Below the pieces are notes generated by a model, which saw only the letters and a program-made list of their open reading frames with translations, searched no databases and was not told where the DNA came from. From positions 28,190,299-28,254,298 of the forward strand of contig NC_134025.1 in the NCBI RefSeq assembly GCF_964204645.1: a stretch of DNA of 64,000 bases, given 5' to 3'. Origin of the DNA: Tubulanus polymorphus (Eukaryota > Animalia > Nemertea). Positions 56,247-64,000 of this stretch are shown in pieces. The position numbers were made by a program, and so were the translations under genes. Within the stretch, counting starts at the first letter, position 1; the number at the start of each line of letters is the position of its first letter.

Positions 56247-59200
56247 ATGCTGACACCGTCCGTATTTCAAATATTCGTGATCATATTTTCAACATGGATG
56301 TCTTATTCGTACTGTGATACTTATAAACGTAAGTAAACAAATATCATATTCACAATAAGCCACACTTATTTTACGAAGGAGACCTGGGCCGACCTCAAAA
56401 TAGCCTAAAGGATATAGACCGAAAATTAAGCCTATTTTTTGTTATCAACGCTTTGGACCTAACTGGGCCTTGGAGACATCTATCCATGGAGATTCCTCTC
56501 ACCAACATTCCATCGGTCGCGAAAATTCATCTTCATTTTTTGAAAAAGATTATTCAGCTATAGGTATCAGTGTATACAAGTAAAAGGAAAGACTTGAAAA
56601 AATGAGTGGGAAATTCATACTGCTGATTTTCACACATGCACTCTTATTAAAATATGTATTAACGATTAAGTGAACACAGAAATATGACCCAGGGGATTAA
56701 TCCATTCATCATTCGTGAAATATTGCGCAAAATGACTCGATGTAATCATACTGTCACAAATCAACCATATGCATTAACGATAAGTGAACAATCATTGTTT
56801 ATTTCGGTTGGTAAAATTTACCGTAAAACGATGCATAAATAACGCACTATTTTATGTTCAGTTTTAATATTCTTGATGTAAGTTCATCCGTGCTGTGGTT
56901 TTTTGGTGTTGTGTAAATTTTTTTCTTTTTCTCTTTACTCATATGCATATACATATATTAGAATAAGATAATGAAATATACATTTCACACAAGTTCTCCA
57001 ATTTAATCAAAAACTATTATGTTTTTCTGAATGCACAACAACATTTGGGAACTTTGTAAGATTTAGTGCTGTGACGGATTTAAAAAAATGACTACGACCA
57101 ATTTCAACATAAATCTAAACATTCCAGACACCAAAAGCTGCAAGATATAAATACATACAAATACATCTAAACATCTATTAATTCCAGACACCAAAAGCTG
57201 CATACAAATATATAGTTATATACAAATTTATTATATATAGTTACATACAAATATATTCTACAAATTAAACACTACAACATACATATCAACGCATTTCTTA
57301 TTACATCTAAAACACAATTTACAGTCTCAATAGCCCCTTAATTCTCGACATCGCAGTCTCCTAAACGGGCTAACTACATCTACCCACATCTATCACATAC
57401 ACAATACATTCATACCCGGCTGATTTTCACATTACCCGCCAAATAGATACAACCTTCATACATACTAAACCTATATACAAAACTAAAAACCCTCACAAGT
57501 GTCAATTCCCTACTGATCGAACCCAGGTCTCGTAACCTGGGTAAGAATGCTAGCTATCAAACCGACAGAACTAGTCCACTTGGCCAGTGGTTGCAGCTTG
57601 ATGTCGCAACACGTTTTCTATATTTGATGAAAACAATGTACTCATTTTTTTACGAACAGGCACAATACAAATAGAACTTCAATATTGAATGATTTACACA
57701 GTTTTCTATTAAGCATACTACGTTAAAATTGACATTTTTTTTACGTATCATAATTGACTTAAGCAGAAAACTAGAGTATCCATGATATAAAAAGTGCATA
57801 TTTTGTCATAATTTGAATATTCAAATAAGTCCGTTGTAACACGTGTTCGATGGAACGACCTTCAAGACTTCCTTAAAAAAGTACCGCGATACTCAACATG
57901 TATCAAAGCACACATTCATCAAACCGCACACTCATCGTTTCGATATGATGATTTTTTCCAATTCCATTCGCGTTGTTTGATCTCTGTGTCAAGAGGATAA
58001 TGTTATTGACTGAGGTTGTGCCACTGCGGAGACTACAGATAACATCAAAACGGGAACAAATAACACGTCGCTATAGCACCTATTTGACTAGCGTAAACAA
58101 AAAGGCTGCATGTTCAAAATTAATCAAACACCTCTGGAATATTTTCTGTGCGTCCGGTTGTACCTTAGACTTTTTAGTTATTTTACTCTAGTTTATACTA
58201 CCAAGCTAACACTATTTAGTCTGCGGTACTACTGCTATAGTTGTATCTGCTGTAGATATTGATTTCCTTTGAGAATAATTTGGAAATGTAAATCTTTGCA
58301 GATCAATTGCTTGCCGGTCACTTGGGGGAAGTTTATACCAAGGCCGCCTCATGAAAACAACCAAAATATTTCTGTCGGGCCGAATATACATGCATACAAT
58401 GAATCATTCTCGTGTCTCGTGAAATAAGACGGCAAACTCTACTGACCAAATAATCAATCTTGATATACTTCATAGCCATTAATGAACGATGGATTTGCTA
58501 TGCTTATAGGGAATCTAACTGAAGAAGAAGCTTGTTTGCAGGCGATTACTGCTCGTAACAGAGTTAAACAAGCGCGGCCAGTGAGACACTGGCATCAGGC
58601 TATAAAGATCAATATTACGTTTCATGTTATACAACTAATTGAAGTCGTAAGTATCGAAAATTCATCACTAGATATTGCAACTTACTATAACCTTTAATCG
58701 AATGATTATATACCAGTGCGAAAAACCTAACAGTGGACGAGTCTAAAACAATCCTCGAATGAAATTTCTCCATGAATTTGTTCATGGACGTTCGTCTATA
58801 AACCCACAGCTTTTCCACCCCCCCATATATACAAAGCAAGATGGTTGCATTATACAAACCAACCTGTTGCATGTATACAGCAGATACTATCATCGTGAGC
58901 AGAATCATGAACAAAATTATGCGCATTTGCTTTCTAAATATTTGGGCCTGTGGCATATCCTGATTTTTGTCAACGTCTTATAAGATATGCTTTCGAGTCT
59001 ATAGGAATTTCGTTAGAATATGTGTGTTAAAAGGATCATATCACATTCATCTCTGAATTCTTTTTACTTTTGGTATCAGTTATGAGGTAAACCTTGCGAT
59101 CCAAAATATTGCTACGTGACATAGGCTACATTTAAGATTAAAGATATATATTATGTTGTATTTAAGGATGACAGAAGACAAACTATATCTGTGGCTGGAT

Positions 59201-60697
59201 TTCTAGATCTAGTGAGTCCCTTTATGAGAATAAGTTACCAAGTCAGTCCGGTAAGACACGAAAATCAGAACATAATTTATACAGTTTTTTTCATCAGAGA
59301 TGGTTTGATGATAGCGTTAGATGGAATGCAGCGGATTACAATGGGCTAACGGAAGTGACGTCGTCCTCAAATGAACTATGGATCCCTGATATTGGTAATG
59401 GGAATAGGTAATTCATTTAGTTTCGATCAAACAAATGAATTGATAACGTATATGTAGATCATCAATTGATGTATATCATCAATTTCAGTATATCGGGCGA
59501 ACTGGTACTAAAAGCTGAGGAGGATAATCCTGAACCACTTCAAGTCTATTCAAACGGAATTGTGAGATGGACTCCGGGAAATACGTTTCGAGTCAGTTGT
59601 CCGTTAGATATGACATACTTCCCGTTCGATGTGCAATCATGCTTATTCGTGTTTGAAAGTTGGTTTCACCCCGCCAATAAACTGACCATCATAGCGCCAA
59701 AAGATACGATGGTTACTAACAATGTGAAAAGCAATAGTGAATGGGTTATCACCAGAACATCTGCGCATGTTATAAATTATCTGGCCGTAGATTCACAATA
59801 CATTTGGTCTCAATATCAAGGAACTGTTCATATATCGAGAAAATCGATGTATTTCGTTTTGAATATTTTGGTACCGTTGATTGCTTTATCGTTTTTGGTG
59901 TTAATGGTGTTTCATTTACCACCAGAAGCGGGAGAAAAGATCTCGTTGAGCACGACCGTGTTAGTGGCGTTCACTGTTTTCCAGCTTGTTGTAGCCGATA
60001 TAATGCCTCAGTCTTCCGACTCGACGCCTATACTCGGTAAGTTATTCATAAGTGATATGATAATGTTTTATCAATATTAGTTGAAGCTACAAAAATGATG
60101 TGGAAGCAAAATACGCGGGTTCAATTCTTGTTGAAACACTTTTTCCCATACAAACGTCAGCTAATCGTAGATGATCGACATTATTTTTGTTAGATTATCA
60201 GCCATAATAAACTTTCTATTTTTCTTTTTGCAGTGATTTATGTATCGGCGTTAATGGTGATGGCGATTACGTCAACTATATTTTCAGTGGTAATTATACA
60301 TATACACAACGTGCACGAGAATCAGGCTCCACCGTCAAGATTTCTCCGTCGAATCATTTACAAACTGATTGCACCGATTACATGCGCCCGGTCAATTGCC
60401 AGGCATAAACCATCATTACCATCTCGATTAGAACTGAAAGATCATCCCGGCGAGCACGGTGATAAAAACTCACTTTCGCCGCGCGATCAGAGAGTAGAAT
60501 TAGGAAACGGTCAAGCGACTACTGACGTTATCGAACATAGGGATAAGATTTACCAGGAATGGCGATTGATCGCGCGTATTGTAGATAGATTTCTGATGCT
60601 ATTATATTTGCTGATAAATGTGACATTAGTGATTGTTTGTTTTACCCTTCTCTTATCCGGGTACCACAAACACAAAGTTTCGGAAACGACCCCATAA
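56247..60697 (+). CDS. Cys-loop ligand-gated ion channel, divergent non-alpha nAChR-like subunit, ~461 aa, 6 exons
   Basis: Exons are 56247-56328 (signal peptide MLTPSVFQIFVIIFSTWMSYSYC; the least certain exon), 58510-58646, 59167-59211 (45 nt), 59298-59407 (110 nt), 59489-60036 and 60234-60697. All introns are GT-AG and the exons join in frame (1386 nt). The 45- and 110-nt exons are typical of nAChR genes. Motifs are RPV, WIPDI, Cys-loop CPLDMTYFPFDVQSC, GEKISL at M2 and EW..IARIVDR at M4. Confidence 0.88.
57515..57595 (-). mobile_element. Possible tRNA-derived SINE remnant
   Basis: B-box-like CCTGGGTTCGATC on the minus strand. Confidence 0.25.
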
Positions 60698-60721
60698 CCT
60701 CAGATCTTATTGGTCATTGGG

Positions 60722-61252
60722 CTATTGCGGTCCAAATTCCTGATATCCAAATTTTGTTAATTTCTTCAACTCGCTTATAGTTCTATCTTGCCAGGCATTT
60801 GTAACTTGAGTAGAATTACTTGAGTTATTATCATATACTATAGCTTCAAGTTAGTGTGCGACATACAATAGGATGGCAGTTCAGCGCCGTGAAATTCACA
60901 CTTTTTGCTGTACGAACGGGATATTCAGCAAGGCGTTCATACTTCAGGAACATGACGCGATTTGGATATTCTTCAGATACCTGCTGAAATATCTTCAGGT
61001 CTTCGATCCATCCGTGAACACAAGACTCTAGTTTCTTCAACGCAGTTATTTTCTATTGTTGTAATAGAAATCTCCTCACATGATTTGATGATACCGCGTA
61101 ATGAATGAAGAATCAATCGGGATCATGCTTCCTCACCCGACCACGAATCTGATAATGTTACGTCATTGGTTGGAACCAGTAAAATGCGTCTTGGCATTGA
61201 GTTTGGTTTGGCAGCTGATCCACTGCAGCCAGTTTGAAACGCAGACGATACC
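60722..61252 (-). pseudogene. Decayed carbohydrate (Gal/GlcNAc-6-O type) sulfotransferase
   Basis: Motifs occur in the expected order across frameshifts: IVCVSNW(R)SGS (5'-PSB RSGSS-like), DAFYWFQP (cf. DVFYLFEP), RGIIKS (cf. RDPRxxxxSR), MFLKYERLAEYP (cf. RYEDLxxxP), NAWQ and KFGY. Confidence 0.55.
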
Positions 61253-62168
61253 CTGAGATACAGATTCATTTATATCAGATTCTGGTGTTAATCGACGAAC
61301 ATTTAAATTTTACGTGACGATTCCTGATTATATGTTATCTTTTTTGTAATAAAGTACTTTTTTTACTGCACGGGATTTTGATTATCATTCTATTCTGACG
61401 GACGTGTTACCACCACTAATACGCCCGTAAAACCTAAAAAGTCTTTTGCTTCAGTGAAACGTATGGGAACTTTATTTTGTTGTACCCTATGAAATGAGAA
61501 GTAGACCCCAGGATTTTCTTTATGTGCAGAATAACAGCTGTCAGCAAAACACCCAAGAATGAATTGCATAAATTTAATATTTCCAAGAAACGCCTGTGTG
61601 TGTGGTATAAACATTTATTCTTATGTGCAAAACAATAATCATAGGTACAACAATTTATGAGTGCAATGAAATATCAAGAATACCCGCTAATATGTTGAAA
61701 ATAGTTATTACACATACAACATATCAACAACAAGCGGAATTACACATTTTGTAAAGCACATTCCCATCTGTAGACATCTGAGTTTTAACAATTTTCCATG
61801 TACATTTTGCAACATCTTTATTTTACTATATCTATCAAAACAATAAATCAGACGCTACAAAATTGAAAACTTGTTTCTCCTTTCTGTAATCGGTTCAGAA
61901 GTTGGCCCAGCCGACCGTCTATCTACCCTGTACATTGATTTTTAAATCACAACCAAGCTAGCCATAATAGACCCAGCAGCTATTGAAATGAACTGATAAC
62001 AAATTTCATTGCAATTTACAAAAGTGACCCGGCCGATTAGGAGAAACAAGGTATCATTTTATTTCAGCTATTCTATTACAATACATTCCTAAACATTATA
62101 GAATTAATCATTTATGCCTCTATTGCCGTTCCGTATCTGACAGACATTTGCGAATATTTCCATAGCCC

Positions 62169-64000
62169 TCATCGATATCTCTTATTCCCAACTGCCGGTA
62201 CCGGTTGTTTCTTTTTGAATATCTTACTAAGATGTATCGTAGCTAAGGTATAAAGAACTGGATTCAACGCGGAATTGATTGGCATAACTACTATCGCCAT
62301 CCACACCGACACCCTAGGATCGATAAAGATATCGTTCATTGCGCATGCGGCCAAGATGATGATTGGCGCCCAACAAATGATGTCACTAAAGACGAGCAAG
62401 GCAGATCGTTCGGCTAGGCGGATTTCCCTCTCAACGTCAGATCTACCGGATCTTTTTCTGGTATACCGACTGAAGATATAAATGGATAGATACCCAAAAA
62501 ATGTGATTAAAAGAGCGATTGTGTTAAAAACAATCACCGTAGCCAACTGATATTCCCAACCGACGATAGTTTTTCGACTAAAATTGATCTGTAAGCAAAC
62601 GGCACTTAGACTGTTTGAGCCGAAATAGGGTATACCAGTAAGGGGCATTGCTGCAAAAATAATACAGGTGGCCCAGATCGTCGGTATCACGATTTTCTTA
62701 ACATCCTTTATGTTTAAACGCCAAAACTTAAAGGCAAAAACTGTCACTAAAACCCGATCGATCGTTATTACGACTACGCTGATGAGAGACGATTCGCTGG
62801 ATAACAATATGAGAAAACTGGCGAATTTACAAAGAGGACTACTTCTCCAGTTATCCGACTCGAGGAAATAATTACCACGTGTTGCCGTATCTTTAATAGC
62901 AATGATCAATAGGTAAATTCCCATGAGAAAATCTGCAACTCCGAGATTTATGATCATCAAAGAAGCGACTGTAATCTTTTCACGCAGCCGCCACCCAACG
63001 ACAAAAATATTGCCGATCAATGTACAACCGACCATTACCCAAACGAGACCGTGTAAGAATTTATTCGATATGAGGTCATCACAGGAAGAGAATTCGTCTC
63101 TCTGAGGGGTACAGCTTTTAACCAACTTTGCGAGGCAACAATATTTAAAGTTTGACATTGAAATATCCGTTGAATTCAAATCGGAGAATGACTGTGTAGT
63201 TATACTCAATAAGTCATTCTGTCTCAAATCAAGCGTCCTCAAACTATGGAGCCCGTAAAATGCGTTATCTTCTATTGTTTTTAACCCACTGTTAGTCATG
63301 ACTAAGTGTTGAAGTCCGGATAACCCGTTGAATACCCCTGTGACCAACTTATCGATATTCAAATCGGATATGTTCAATGAACGAAGAGTGTAGACTCCTT
63401 CAAACACACCAGGGGTGATGTATTTTATGGGGTTACCCCTAACTATTATCTGTCTCAGATTTCCCAATCCAATCATACGAGGCATGTACGATAGATAGTT
63501 GTTTGTAAGTATGATTCGATTAAGATTCTTCATATGCGAAAAGAATGCGTAAGGAATAGCTGTTAAACCGTTGTGAGATAAATCTAGATAACCTAACAGT
63601 TTTAACTTACGTGTCTGAAGTTTCTCTAAAACGATTGAATTATAGCCGAGATCTAATGAACGTATGTTAGTGGAGTTGATAGCGAGATGTGTTAAATGTA
63701 GCCCCCTACAATTGACGGAATAACCACTGACTGGACATTCCATTACATTTTTAAAAATGAAATAATCGCAGAATTTCTCATCATCGGCAAACAATGGACA
63801 ATCGATTTTCCCATCACAAACCTCCGACACCGATACGCAGAAAGATTCTGCTCGACATGAGAACTGTCCCGGGCAGGAATTATTGAGCGGGCAATCTTTT
63901 TCATCGAATCCACCAATACAGTCCCAAACACCGTCACACATCTTCCGCAGTGGAATGCAATAAGACTGCGGGCATTTGAACATGTTTGGACATTGAAACT
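62169..64000 (-). CDS. GRL101-like LDLa/leucine-rich-repeat GPCR (relaxin-receptor-like LGR), 5'-partial
   Basis: The frame is open to the window edge. It has two LDLa repeats (CPQSYCIP...CDGVWDC..GFDE and CDGKIDC...DDE), LRRs, a YCC...DEFSSCDDL hinge, and a 7TM with ADFLMGIYL, WRSSPLC, SSESS and PINSALNP.LY. Confidence 0.93.
   Translation of the reverse strand, partial: FQCPNMFKCPQSYCIPLRKMCDGVWDCIGGFDEKDCPLNNSCPGQFSCRAESFCVSVSEVCDGKIDCPLFADDEKFCDYFIFKNVMECPVSGYSVNCRGLHLTHLAINSTNIRSLDLGYNSIVLEKLQTRKLKLLGYLDLSHNGLTAIPYAFFSHMKNLNRIILTNNYLSYMPRMIGLGNLRQIIVRGNPIKYITPGVFEGVYTLRSLNISDLNIDKLVTGVFNGLSGLQHLVMTNSGLKTIEDNAFYGLHSLRTLDLRQNDLLSITTQSFSDLNSTDISMSNFKYCCLAKLVKSCTPQRDEFSSCDDLISNKFLHGLVWVMVGCTLIGNIFVVGWRLREKITVASLMIINLGVADFLMGIYLLIIAIKDTATRGNYFLESDNWRSSPLCKFASFLILLSSESSLISVVVITIDRVLVTVFAFKFWRLNIKDVKKIVIPTIWATCIIFAAMPLTGIPYFGSNSLSAVCLQINFSRKTIVGWEYQLATVIVFNTIALLITFFGYLSIYIFSRYTRKRSGRSDVEREIRLAERSALLVFSDIICWAPIIILAACAMNDIFIDPRVSVWMAIVVMPINSALNPVLYTLATIHLSKIFKKKQPVPAVGNKRYR

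Noticed and set aside
57115-57202. Two copies of ATTCCAGACACCAAAAGCTGCA 60 bp apart (CRISPR-like spacing)
   Set aside because: Only two copies, in a eukaryotic intron with no cas genes; an ordinary local duplication.

Overview
AT-rich animal genomic DNA with spliceosomal introns. The gene content points to a lophotrochozoan (annelid-, nemertean- or mollusc-like); this is inferred and the species is not identified. From left to right the window holds: (1) a ~5.27-kb tandem array of three Methuselah/adhesion-like (family-B 7TM) GPCR genes with Cys-rich ectodomains; (2) a predicted three-exon, 136-aa orphan secreted precursor head-to-head with the third GPCR, with dead 5' remnants of it in the other two repeat units; (3) an intronless CCHamide/excitatory-peptide (EP) family receptor; (4) a three-exon EP/GGNG/CCHamide-type neuropeptide precursor, transcribed divergently from that receptor with ATGs 7.84 kb apart, whose signal-peptide and peptide exons are separated by a 19-kb intron; (5) two tandem UDP-glucuronosyltransferases; (6) a divergent non-alpha nAChR-like cation channel; (7) a carbohydrate-sulfotransferase pseudogene; (8) the 3' part of a GRL101-like LDLa-LRR GPCR. 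The main finding is a neuropeptide gene sitting head-to-head with the gene for its probable cognate receptor, with a second, orphan receptor/secreted-peptide pair next to it. All gene models were assembled by eye from splice signals and reading-frame phase, not from transcripts or database searches.
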